Below are positions 50,449 through 62,730 of a stretch of 64,000 nucleotides of DNA, in pieces. The notes beneath the pieces are model-generated. The model was not told where the DNA came from. It ran no database searches and was given only the letters and a program-made list of their open reading frames with translations. The stretch spans positions 1,426,001 through 1,490,000 of the forward strand of contig NC_086098.1 of NCBI RefSeq assembly GCF_963921235.1. Direction: 5' to 3'. This DNA is from Mobula hypostoma (lineage: Eukaryota). Within the stretch, counting starts at the first letter, position 1. Each line of letters begins with the position of its first letter. The position numbers were made by a program, and so were the translations under genes.

Positions 50449-52659
50449 AACACCATAAGACCATAAGACATTGGAGAAGAGTTGGGCCATTTGGCCCATC
50501 GAGTCTGCTCCGCCATGTCATTATGACTGATCCAGACAACTGGCTTCTGCCCGTACCCCTTCATGCCCTGACCAAACACGTTATTGATAAAAGTGCACAG
50601 TGAACTGTTCCAGACTCAATGAAGTCGTTATTTGCTCGTGAAAGCATTCAGGGCATCAAAAGAACCATCTAGCATTATTTTAATCAACGATTAAGTTCTA
50701 AGCACTTAGTTTATCTAAAGCGTTACGCTAGCACGCCACACCATTTCCTGTGGGCTTTGTACATTGATGGCGCACCTTGGAGGTCTGGCCATCTGCAGAT
50801 TTGGTTACACGCAAACCTTCCAAATTATTTCAAAAATATACCCACTGAGCCTATTCAACAGATAATAATAAATGAACTAAAAAGAGATGATAAATATCCC
50901 AAGACTTGAAAACAATCATTACTAACTTCAGATTTAATGTCATCCCTACCATTGTCCGACCGAGGGAGAAAAACTGCCGCGTTCAGGACATTATTTCTCT
51001 CCCTAAACAGAGGAGTTAAGATACTTTTCAAAGACCGAAACGGGTGCATTTAACCCTTCCTTGCGAATTGTATAATATTTACAAATATACTTTAACAAAT
51101 GAGCAGTATAGTGATATGTAATCAATGGACATTAATACACTGCGCATATCACACCAAGGCATCTGTCCTGTCCATTTGATACGCACTGCGGTCGAGAACT
51201 AAGTTATTTATATCGTGTTACAGACCCTTAGAGTGTTTAAAAGCCCGAGGTTTGAAAGTGGAGGTCGGAGAGACAAACTTTTCCACAGGCTGGTGGAAAT
51301 GACTGACGTCACGCAGTCAGCCTGAACGCCTTGTAGGTCCCAGGACAATTTCATCTCTGTCTCGCCCATTTTGTCTGCTCTGTTTCCCTCTTCGAATTAC
51401 CCGCTCTTACATGTTCTGTCGCTGCCTACCCGTCTTTCCGTCCGCGACTTGCTGTCGCGTTTTCGTCTCTGTTTTTCAAGTTAATTTTTTCTCACCCCCT
51501 TCCCCGCCTTCACTCCCAGCTTTCTTTTTGTCTTTCTGACTTCACGGGGTTCTCTCCCTCTCGCTGTCGATTTGTTCACATTTCCTAGTGATCTTTTTTT
51601 CCAACAGACATCATCTAAAAAATACAGACACTGGTAGGAATTGAATTTCGAATCAGAATCAAGTTTAATATCATTAGCATTTAACGTGACATTTGTTGTT
51701 TTGTGGCAGCAGTACACTGCAATTTTTAGATTTTTAGAGGGCATGGCCCAGGCGATGAGAGTCTTTGTTGATGGATGCCGCCTTTTTGAAATTCAATCAG
51801 TTTTGTTTTCTGTAGCACATCCCCGACATCGTCCTCTTGTATTTAAACATTTCACTACTTCCTGCGTGCACATCTCGGGCGGCGTTTTCCCGGAGGTATT
51901 ATATTTTTGCACTCTTTCTTTCCGCCAAGAACTACAAGTAACAGCCAACAACAGCCAATGCTTATACGCAATAGCTCCTTAGCCTTAAAGATCAGAGTGG
52001 GGCAAGCAGATACGCGGTAATCAGGAAGCAGATTTCCACGATATGTTTCGCTGAAATTGTTAGGAAGAAAGCCGAATGGATTGATGTTGCAGTAAGTCAC
52101 GAAACCGCGCAGATGGTGTGTAATTTAAGTTACTTTAACGTTTAACTTATTGGCATCGCGGTTTTTCAGTATAAATGTCACTGAACTGAGCGTGGATAAT
52201 TGTTACGTAATAGAAAGCATCCAAAATTCAGAACCAAGTTTCAAACTGGAAATTATTCCTTAATGTCCTTTATTGCAACTCCTTAAATGTGTTTTACTCG
52301 TAGCTATCAAACAGCAGTTGTCCACAGAATTCATTTCATTTCCTTGACAGTTTCCATAAGGCTATATGACATCGGAGCAGAATTAGGCCACTCGGCCTAT
52401 CAAGTCTTCTCCGCCATTCCGTCATGGCTGATTTATTATCCCTCGCAACCCCGTTCTCCTGCCTTCACTCCGTAACCTTTGAGATCCTGACCAAACAAGA
52501 ACTATCAACTTCCGATTTAAATACAGTATACCCAATAACTTGGTTTCCACAAGCATCTGTGGCAACGAATTCCCACAGATTCACCAGCCTCCGGCTGAAG
52601 AAATTCCTCCTCTTTTCTGTTCGGAATGAGCGCCCCTCTGTTCTATTCTATTTCCCGAT

Positions 52660-52885
52660 TTATTTTGAGATGGAGCGTGGAGTAGACACTTCTGGCCCTC
52701 GCAGCTGAAGCACGCAGCAAGCCTCGAGCACTCTATTAATCCTCTTAACCATCGGGACAATTTACGATGACCTATTAATCTACCTGGTATGTCTTTTGAC
52801 TGTGGGAGGAAACCGTGCACCCCGGAGAAAATCCACGCTTTGCAAGGGGAGGACGCACAGAGATTCCTTCCAAAGAACGCCGGTA
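52660..52885 (-). mobile_element. V-SINE (HE1/DANA-type) fragment among CR1 3' remnants (52355-53690)
   Basis: TGTGGGAGGAAACCGTGCACCCGGAGAAAATCCACGC at 52801-52838 is the reverse complement of the V-domain signature. Confidence 0.7.
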
Positions 52886-53874
52886 TGAGGAAGGTCTGGC
52901 AGGTCTTGGGCTGTACTCCCTGGAATTCAGGAGAATGAGGGGGGAATCCCATAGAAACATTCCGATTGTTAAAAAGTTTGAACAGATTAGATATGGCAAA
53001 GTTGTTTCCCATGGTAGGGGAGTCCAGGACAAGAGCGGATGACTTCAGGATTGAGGACATCTATTTAGAACAGAGATGTGGAGAAATTACTTTAGTCAGA
53101 GGGTGGTGAAGTATTGGATCAGCCCATGACTGAATGGCGGAGCAGACTCGATGGGCCGGATGGCCTACTTCTGCTCCTATACGTTATGGTCTTATGGTCT
53201 TATTATGGAGTGAACCCTGAACACCGATGAAAATGAGCTGTATTAGCTGTGACTGAGTCTTCTGATCCTAGACTCCCCCACTATACGATAGATCTTTTCT
53301 ACACTTCACTCTATCAAGGCCTTTCAATATTGGATAAGATTCGATAAGATCCCCCCCCCCCCACAATTCTTCTAAATTCTAGCGAGTACAGAGCCATTAT
53401 ATGCTCCTCATATGATAAACCTTTCATTTCCAGAATCATTCTATTGAATCTTCCCTGGACCCTCTCCAATGCCAGCACATCTTTCCTTACATATTTAAGG
53501 TGGGGAGTTATATGGGAGGCAGGGTTTAAGGGTCGGCACAACATTGTGGGCCGAAGGGCCTGTACTGTGCTGTACTATTCTATGTTCTATGTTCTATAAG
53601 GGGCTCACAATTCTCCAAGTGAGGCCTCACTAGTGCTTTCTAAAGCCGCAGCATTACATCCCCGCTTTAGTATTCTCCACTCGAAATGAACTTTAGGGTA
53701 TATGGGCAAAAAGTTGGCAGAGACTCGACGGGCCGAAGTGGCTTTTCTGTCCAGTAGAACTCTGTGACTGAATGACTATCGAACTTGAAGCGAATACTTG
53801 TTCCTGTATAAGACTTTTAGATAATGGAGCTTTTTATGGTACTGTATCAGAACAAGAAATAGAATGTTTACAGT

Positions 53875-54008
53875 CGCAAACACGAGGAAATCTGCAGATG
53901 CTGGAAATTCAAGCAACACACACAGAATGCTGGTGGAACGCAGCAGGCCAGATAGCATCCATAGGAAGAAGCACAGTCGACGTTTCAGGCCGAGACCCTT
54001 CGTCAGGA
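53875..54008 (-). mobile_element. 134-bp Penelope pseudo-LTR mini-element with intact hammerhead core and 12-bp TSD
   Basis: TSD AATGTTTACAGT at 53863-53874 and 54009-54020. The minus strand starts TCCTGACGAAGGGTCTCGGCCTGAAACGTCGACT. Confidence 0.85.
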
Positions 54009-54300
54009 AATGTTTACAGTGATTTATTGTCATTGTTACTACTGTCCGCCACACCTTTGAATGCCCGATGCTCACCCTTACCGCATCCATAGCCGGAAAC
54101 ATGTTAGCCTACTCCGAGACCAAGTGTAAAAGAATGAAGTTAACTTTAATAAAGTTGAAGTTTAATTGTCAATCAACCTTTCACACGAAGACAGTCAAAC
54201 GAAACAGCGTTTCTGCGGGGCCAGGGTGTAAAACCCAGCACCAAAAGTCACACACACAGCACATAAAGCACATATAATTACAATAGCAGTAAAATATACC

Positions 54301-54370
54301 ATAATAATAATAATAATAAGAAGAAGAAGAAAAAGAAGTAGTAGTAGTAGTAGTTGAAGTTGTTGTTGTT
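54301..54370. repeat. Compound trinucleotide microsatellite (ATA)n(AGA)n(GTA)n(GTT)n
   Basis: Read directly from the sequence. Confidence 0.9.
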
Positions 54371-54404
54371 CGAGACCTCTTCCCAGAAACAGAAATCACA
54401 TCTT

Positions 54405-54897
54405 ACTGTAAATACAGACTTGATCCAGTTTTGGAGTCAGAATATTACATTTATATTATGACCAATCAGTTATTACAGACAGGACAATCCATAATAACAA
54501 TTCAAATATAATAAGACAGGACAAACGAGCAAGAACAACTTATTTATTAGATATGGCCATGCCAAACACACATAAATTACAGAAATCAAGAAATGAAATA
54601 CACCAGATATATGCTGAATTAAAAGAGGAAATTACAAGACTTTGGAACATGAACATGATATACATTGTCCCGATAGTAATGTCTGCAACAGGTGTCATCC
54701 CAAAGGCACGATACAGTAGCATTAAACAATTAGGGCTACACAGCAATATCTATGTAAATCTTCTAAAAGCCACAAGACTAAAAATCACTAGAGAAGTCCG
54801 AAAATTGATAGCAATTGACAAATGAATGTGCTTGACTATGCCCTTACGTCGGGCTTTACCTACTTGAGCTGAGAAAAAAATAAAATAATAATAGTAA
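54405..54897 (+). mobile_element. R4/Dong (Rex6-like) non-LTR retrotransposon 3' end, restriction-like endonuclease domain
   Basis: KYRLDPVLESE / LYYDQSVITDRTIHNN..TYLLDMAMPNTHKL..YAELKEEITRLW..IVPIVMSATGVIPK, stop at 54825, then an A/TAA-rich tail. Confidence 0.75.
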
Positions 54898-55274
54898 TAC
54901 TGTATACCCAAGTCCCTGGGTGTCATGCTCTGTAGATTGATCTGCAGGAACAAATACAGAGCAGTTCCTCATCACGCCCTAGTACTACCGATTATCAGTA
55001 AAAGTTTTTTCATCTATGTTCTTGCTTTTATATTTTTGTTTATTCTTATTTTTAACGATCTGGGCGAAGGAGCTGTTACTTATTTCCAAAAGGTATTTAT
55101 TTTGTACACTATGGCCATCTGAAAGCTTTTTAACTTGGAAACTAACTGCAGGGTAACTTTTTAAAAAAGTAGAACACACAAAATGCTGGAAGAACTCACC
55201 AGGTCAGGCAGAATGTATAGAGAGGAATAAACAGTCAGCGTTTCGGGTCGAGTTTTTTTTAAATTTTATACTCG

Positions 55275-55900
55275 TCGAAAAGGGTGAATAATGTTTCCTA
55301 TAGTGGGGGAGTCTGGGACCAGAGGGCACAGCCTCATAATTGATTGATCGTGTGGATAGTCAGAGGCTTTTTCCCAGGGCTGAAATGGCTGCCACAAGAG
55401 GGCACAGGTTTAAGGTGCTTGGAAATAGGTACAGAGGAGATGTCAGGGGCAAATTTTTTTACGCAGAGAGTGGTGAGTGCGTGGAATGGGCTGCCGGCAA
55501 CGGTGGTGGAGGCGGATATGATAGGATTTTTTAAGAGGCTTTTGGATAGGTACATGGAGCTTAGGAAAATAGAGGGCTATGGATAACCCTAGTAATTTGT
55601 GGGCCGAAGGGCCTGTATTGTGCTGTAGGTTTTCTATGTTTCTATGATTCTATAATACCAGGACGCCCCTTTAGAACAGAGATCTTTAGCCAGAGGGTGC
55701 TGAATCTGTGGAATTCATTGCCATGGCTGGCTGTAGAGACCAAATCATTGGGTATATTTAAGGCCAAGGTTGATATAATCTTAACTAATAAATAGGTCAA
55801 ACGTTACTGAGAGAAGGCAGGAGAATGGGGTTGAGAGAGATGGAATAGCAGGGCAGGCAGATGGGCCGAATGGATTACCACTGTTCTCATGTCTTATGGT
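55275..55900 (+). mobile_element. Nested CR1 3' ends
   Basis: IDRVDSQRLFPRAEMAATRGHRFKV at 55340-55534, inside a second CR1 3' fragment. Confidence 0.8.
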
Positions 55901-56551
55901 TTTAAAGTTACCTGGATTGTTTCATATTTAAATTCAAAGAAATTAGAAATCCCTTCATATTCTTTTTTTAGAATGTTTGATTTAAAACAAGGACAGAAAC
56001 TAAAGTCGATCACGACGCGACCAGAGATCCAGGTAGCTGTAGAAAGTTGGTTATCTTCTCAGACCACTTTAATATTAAAGAACAGTTTATACTTTTTCAC
56101 GGATCTAATGTAACTTTGTTAAGTTCGGGCAGTATTCATCAGCCTAGGTATAATTGGATTGAGACAGGTTTATCTGATATCACAGGTCTGGGATAAGATA
56201 TGATATTGTAATAGTGTGACCCCTACCTTCAGCCCCAGTAAATTAGGACACGCATATCAGGTTTAAAAATCTCCAGGGGAAAGGGGAACCATCAGGTCCG
56301 TCGGCTATAGGCTGCATGTATATAACCAGCCAACTTAAATTGATGAAAGATGCGCTCGTGCCAGTAGCTGCGGGGTGGGTCTAGCTCATTACAATACATT
56401 AAAACCATGGAAACAAAGCTTTACAAATCATTTCCCCTCGGCCATTTGGCCCTGTCTAAAGTGGGGCGTTCCTGTTTACACAGCCATACTCAACAGAAAT
56501 AGGCGCATTTTCACCCGAATTATTTTAAACATAAGATATAAAACACACGCC

Positions 56552-56820
56552 CCTCTCTCACTCTCTCTCCCGGCAGTTTCCCTCTCTCTCTGTCTCTCGC
56601 TTTCTCGCGTGCGCTCTGTCTGTCTCTCCGCCTCCCTCTCTGCCCTTCTCTCTCGCTTCTCTCTCCTTCTCTCAGTTCTGTTCTGTCGTTGGTTTTGCTC
56701 TGCTCTGTCTCTCTCTCTCTTTTCTCAGCCCCCACCGTCTCTTCCCTCTTCCCCCCTCTCTCTCTGACCACCCCCAGGCGCTGTCGCTCTCTCTCTCTCT
56801 CCCTCTCTCTCCCTCTCTCT
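56552..56820. repeat. Degenerate (CT)n polypyrimidine tract
   Basis: Read directly from the sequence. Confidence 0.9.
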
Positions 56821-57534
56821 GTAAGTGTTTGTATGACTGAAGGAACGAGAATCTTGATTAATATTAACCAATCGCTCCCCTACCTTCCTGCACTAAAAGG
56901 CCCGAATTCCGAATTTGTTTGCTAATCTTCCTTCAAATGTCAGTTTTTATGTTATTTTATAAACGTTGAGAAGGCCTTAGCGAGTATTGCTAAAGTTAAC
57001 TTGATTGTTCCATATCTTAAACTCAAATAAAAGAGAATATTCTTATTGCTTCTGGTAGGTCGTCTAAGGTTATTCTAGCACTGGGAATAAATTCCAATTG
57101 TATAGAAATAACGCTTAAGCAATATATATAAAGTTTATGTAATTCCGCAAATGGAATGGTCTCCTTGGCGATTTATGATTGGATTTTTATTTGATATATA
57201 CATATTACATCCTATTATATAATGCAAATGAAAACAACGTCGTTTCCAATTCAAGGCCAACTCTCGCAATACACTTGCTGGTAAAATATCAGAGAAAATG
57301 GTGAAGACAAAGAGCTAGAGACAAACGAATGAATCTCACCAGCGACAGTAAAGATGCCTTTCTATTGGAGCATCGGGGCACACCAGGAACGTTTTCCATA
57401 GTTTATTACTCCATGGTTCATAACTGAGAGAAAAGTTTGCATAAATGATCAACTATTTCCCGTCCATTCCGAAACACTTGCCAAAGGGTCGCAACACCAT
57501 GTTTACTGCTTTAGAAATAAATCCCGTCACCAAG

Positions 57535-57975
57535 GACACATACAGAAAGGTATCGGAAAAGGGCCAGTAACATCATGAAGGATCACACCCACCCTGCTCA
57601 CGGACTGTCAGTCCCACTCCCAGTCTACACAGCATCCATACCAGGACCTAAAACACTTTCCCAAGCAGTAAGAGCGATCAACACTTGCACCCACTAACCC
57701 ACTCCCCCACACCCCCAACCATCATTATCTTATCATTTCCCGTCAGTGTCTCCTTATGTAGAGACGCTCCGATGCCCAGCGGGACTGTATAGACATGCAA
57801 TCATTCTATGTATATAAGCTATCTTATGTATTTATATTTATTGTACTTGTAATTATTGTGTTTTTTAATAAATCGTATGGTGTCTTTTGTGCTGCATGGG
57901 ATCCAGAGTAACAATTATTTCGTTATTTCTTACACGTATGTACTGGAAATGACATTAAACGATCTTGAATTTTGA
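57535..57975 (+). mobile_element. Rex1/L2-like 3' remnant; a longer relative lies at 60115-60760
   Basis: NIMKDHTHPAHGL here matches NIMKDPAHPTHGLFVPLPSGRR at 60101-60412, and the 3' UTRs are shared. Confidence 0.65.
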
Positions 57976-58527
57976 AACTCCATGTTATATGCCTGAGCAC
58001 GGCGCTGCCAAACAGTACTTTTAAATATAGCTCCTGTTTTGAAATTTTAAAAAAAACCCAAAATGAATCTCCGTAAGCATTTCCTCGGCAACTAGAAGAA
58101 ATTCAAAATGTGTTGAGCATCCAGATGTAAAGTCAAAGGCAAGAGGGAAAAATATCAACTCATACTGCAAATATACAAACTGAGAGACTGTGGAAGAAAA
58201 TATTCATGTTGACAATTTAACAAAAATGGTCTATCCTGACTTTGAAGAAAGCGACATATTTTGTGGGATTTGTAGGTTTCCCCGTTCTGTGAATTGACAG
58301 CTCGCCTGTGAAAAAGCTGCGTGTGATTTTTAATGTTACAGTCTGGTTCATTAACTCTTTCTTGACCACTGAACATTAACAATCTGGTCTACAATTTCCA
58401 TCGCAGCCTTTGGAAGAAATGGGATTCAGGACTTTATCACTAATTCTATTGGTTGACTTAAGTGCCAGGATAGGGGTGGGATAATGATAATCAGAAAGAA
58501 TTGATAGATAAACAATGTCCGAGGATA

Positions 58528-58732
58528 TCAGCAGGTCAGGCAGCAGCTACAGAAAGGAATAAGCAGTCGATATTTCGGGCCGAGACCCTTCATCCAGTCC
58601 TGAGGAAGGATCTCGGCTTCAAAACGTCAACGTTAATTCCTCTCCATAGATGCTGCCTGACCTGCAGAGTTCCTCCAGAAGTTTGTGTGCGTTTCTCTAG
58701 ATTTCCAGCATCTGCAGGATCTCTTGTGTTTA
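58528..58732. mobile_element. Two degenerate Penelope pseudo-LTR copies, head-to-head
   Basis: A minus-strand copy ending GAGACCCTTCATC (about 58594) abuts a plus-strand copy starting CAGTCCTGAGGAAGGATCTCGG. Confidence 0.7.
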
Positions 58733-61464
58733 GGAACTGATAGATTTGTTCTACTTTTGCTTGCATGGCATTTTTCAGGTGATTTATCTACAATCAGCCC
58801 GCACGAGCGATGTCAGCAATCACCCGTTGAATCTCTCTGTCACACAAGCAGCGACAGCAAATTAGACTCAAATTAGTCCGGAATTTCCCATCAGATGAAT
58901 TCGAACCTCTCTCTAATTGAAATAGTTTGGAAATTGAATATAACTTTTAAGAAACTGTGTGAGGTATGTATTAGTTCAAAAACTTATTTACAGTTCACTT
59001 TGGGGTTGAATCCGTTAATAGTATCTGTATTAACATAATTAAATGCCAGCTCAAAACCAATTTACTTAACCTTGCTTTTAACTAATATATTTTTGCCTTT
59101 TATTTTCATATTTGCACTTTATCCCATTGTAAAGCACTTCGAACTACATCATCTGTATGAAAGAGGAGACAACTCATACTCTGATATTTATTGCTTGTTT
59201 GTTTCTTATTATCATTGTTTGTGTCTGCGCAGTTTGTTGTCTTCTGCACATTGGCCGTTTGTCTGTCCCTGCTGTGTGGTTTCTCACTGATTCCATTGTG
59301 CTTTTTTCCTATTTACTACGAATGCCCACAGGAAAATGAGTCTGAGGGTAATAAATAGTCGCCCATATTTTGTTAACAAATTCACTTTGAACTTTGAACT
59401 TTTTTATAATGCGCACTAAAAATAAGTTATTATTGTTGTTATAAATGAGAAAGCCGAGGGTAAATACATGACATCGTTAATGTAATAAAACTCTGTGAAC
59501 ATGTAGAATATTGTACCACACACACTCGAGGAATATTTCTTTGAAGTATTATTCCGAACGATTCTTTTGTTTTATATTTGGAGACTGCCGCCGACACAGC
59601 ACGTTCACGGTCTTTTTTTCTGTTTGTGATGGCACGCGTGATGACATAATTTAATCGAGAGAGGTGAGCAATCATCAATGTGCTAAACCACATGATATTT
59701 TTATATATATTTGTGGCCTGAAGACACATTCTCACGGTTTTAGGACCAGCTTCTTTCCCCGCGCCGTCAGATTTCTGAATGGACAATGAACCCATGTGGA
59801 CTACCTCACTATTTATATTTTTTCTTTATTTTGCTTTTTCTGCACTTCTTAAGTAATTTAAAATTTAGATACATTTCTTATTGTAACTTATAGTATTTTA
59901 TTATGTATTGCACTGCTGCCTCAAAACAACAAATTTTACGACATATGCCAATGATATTAAACCTAATTTTGATTGTGATTCACCTGTGAAATCCAGTTAT
60001 GACATTTCAATTCAGATTCGTTTCAAATAGCTTTCTATTCCAGAGCTGACGGTGCGAATAATGTTATAATGAATAATATGCAATCAATGCAACCTTCAAT
60101 GTGCGTAAGATCTTACGAAGAGTTAGTTGCATTACTGCTCCGTACGGAAACTGCACTGCGGCGGGCAGGAAGGCTCGACGGTGGGTAGTCAAGGCTGCCC
60201 AACGCATCACTGGCACCAGCTTACCTGCATCAAGGATGTATAAATGGAAAGGTGCCGGAAAAAGGAAAAGGATCGGTAACATCATGAAGGATCCCGCCCA
60301 CCCTACTCATGGACTGTTTGTCCCACTCCCATCAGGGAGGAGGCAACGTAGCGTCCACGCCAGGACCACCAGACTCAAAAGCAGTAAGGCCGGTCAACAC
60401 CTCCACCTCTAACATAGTCATAGTCATAGTCATACTTTATTGATCCTGGGGGAAATTGGTTAACTCACCCCTCCACACCTGAACCACCATTACTTTATGA
60501 TTTCCTATTAGTCACATTATATACTGACACTCTGTGCCTAGCGTCACTTTATGGACATACAATCAATCTACGTATATAAGCTATCTTATATATTTATTTA
60601 TATTTATTGTGTTGTTATTATTGTTGTTGTTGTTGTTATTATTATTATGTTCCTTATTGTGTGTTGCATGCATCAGATCCGGAGTAACAGTGATTTATTT
60701 CTCCTTTACACTTGTGTACCGGAAATTACTTTAAACATCTTGAATTTTGAATCTTGAATCTTGCTCCCCCCACCCCCGCTCCCATGCATGGAATAGAGGT
60801 GCTTTCCCTTCTCATTCTGCAGGTGATAATTATCGGTGAGTTGTGGGATGGGTCCCTGCCTCTGACAGGCCGATCCACTCCCAAGGGAGGCGCACGTGGT
60901 GAGCTTCGAGCTCCGTAGAATTCCATTAATCATAGTCTCGGTTCTCCAAAGCTCCCAACGCGCAGGTAATTATAAATCCAGGCGAAATTGGATTGACAAA
61001 CTCTTACAAAACCTGATTAATATGTGTTTCGGCACAGAAAAATAAACACAGATTTCCTGGATTACAAGGCACGAAGTGAAAAAAAATACAGATTTTTCGT
61101 CCAACTTTTAATCCACAGAGGAATCGCGTTTCGATGTGCGTTTATAGTTTCTTCTGTAACGTGGAAACCTGTTTTCCCCATGAAGTATCCGCTTCACGAA
61201 GATCTGTGTGTTACGAGCTGTATTGAATTGGAGGGAAGAGGAAGGGGAAAGGTCCGTGGGGAGATGGTATGGTGAATTCCGAAAAAAACGTTCCTAACAA
61301 ATATCAAACGGTAAATGTTAAAGCGTGTAGGTGAGTTCATGTAGACGCAAGCTTCTGAATAACCATGTTTGAACTCATCAGAAAGAGACTGTCAATCATT
61401 AAAGCTCAGTGGCATCTCGCATCTTGAAAAAGCTGGGCGTCGATTCATTGCGCATTTTTGGATG

Positions 61465-62170
61465 AGATCATAGACACCGGAGCAGAATTAGGCCGTTCGA
61501 CCATCGATGCGCGCTGCCATTCCATCACGGCTGGTTTATTATCCCTCTCAACCCCATTCGCTTGCCTTCTCGCTAGATTTACTATCTTGGGACTAAATAA
61601 ATTCTTCCTCATCTCTGCTCTGAAGTTTTTCTAGTCTGACACTGTGCCCTTTCGTCCTAGACTCCCCCACTATAGGAAACAGCTTTTCCACGTCCACTCT
61701 ATCCAGGCCTTCCAGTAATCGATAGGATTCAATGAAATAACCCTCCCCCCATTCTTCTAAACTCTAGTAACTACAAGTACAGGTCCAGAACCATCCGACA
61801 CTCCCCACAGGAAGTGTCCCGCCTGGAATCATTCTGGTGAACCTCTTCTGAATCTTCTTCAATGCAGCGCATTTTTTCTTAGATAGGCCAAAGTTGCTCA
61901 AAATACTCATTATAAAGCCTCATATATCCTTGTGTTTACATTCTAATCCGCTTAAAATGATTGCTAACATTGCATTTTGACTTCCTTAACACCGACATAA
62001 TATGCTGGTTAATCGAGCTCGATTTCAACGTTTAAGAAAGTTTGGATATGTACGTGGATGGTAGGGGTATGGTCCCTGTGCAGGTCAATGACAGTAGGCA
62101 GTTTAAATGGTTCGGTACAGACAAGATGGACCGAAGGGCCTGTTTTTGTCCTGTACTTTTCTAGGACTCA
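61465..62170. mobile_element. Old CR1 3' remnants
   Basis: GGAGCAGAATTAGGCC-type 3' UTR on the minus strand and a short plus-strand tail at about 62025-62165. Confidence 0.65.
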
Positions 62171-62730
62171 ATGCCTCTAACCTTCAAGGACGTCAAACAT
62201 CAAGATATAAACAGAGAGAAATAAAACAGACAGTTTAAAGTATCCCGCATAATCGCGAAAGGCCAAATGGCTTCTTTCGGCCCGGTCGTCTGGAATTGTG
62301 TTATTCGCTCAGGAGCCACCGCTGAGCGCATCTACAGGGGGCGCTGTCGGAGGAAAGCAGCATCCATAATCGGGGCGCCCTACCATCCGGGCCATGCTCT
62401 GCTTTCGCTGCTGCCACCAGGGAGGAATTACAGGAGCCCGGGCACCCGCACCACCGGGTCCAGGAGCAGTTATTAGCCCTCAACCATCAGGCTCCTGAAC
62501 CAGAGGGGGGTAACTTCACTCACCCCAACACTGAACTAGTCCCACAACCCATGGACTCACTTTCAATCGTTTATTCAAGACAGTTCTCATCGCTTGGTCC
62601 AGTGCAAAGTACCTCAATATGCTGGCTATGATCGAAGTTAGTGAAAAGCTGCTACACTCGAATCATGTTCTGTACTGTACTGCCAAATGGATTCTGAGTC
62701 AATGTGTGCGCCTGCATCCTATCAATCCCT

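Noticed and set aside
56375..56925. Leu/Ser-rich and Arg/Glu-rich ORFs
   Set aside because: Artefacts of the (CT)n tract.
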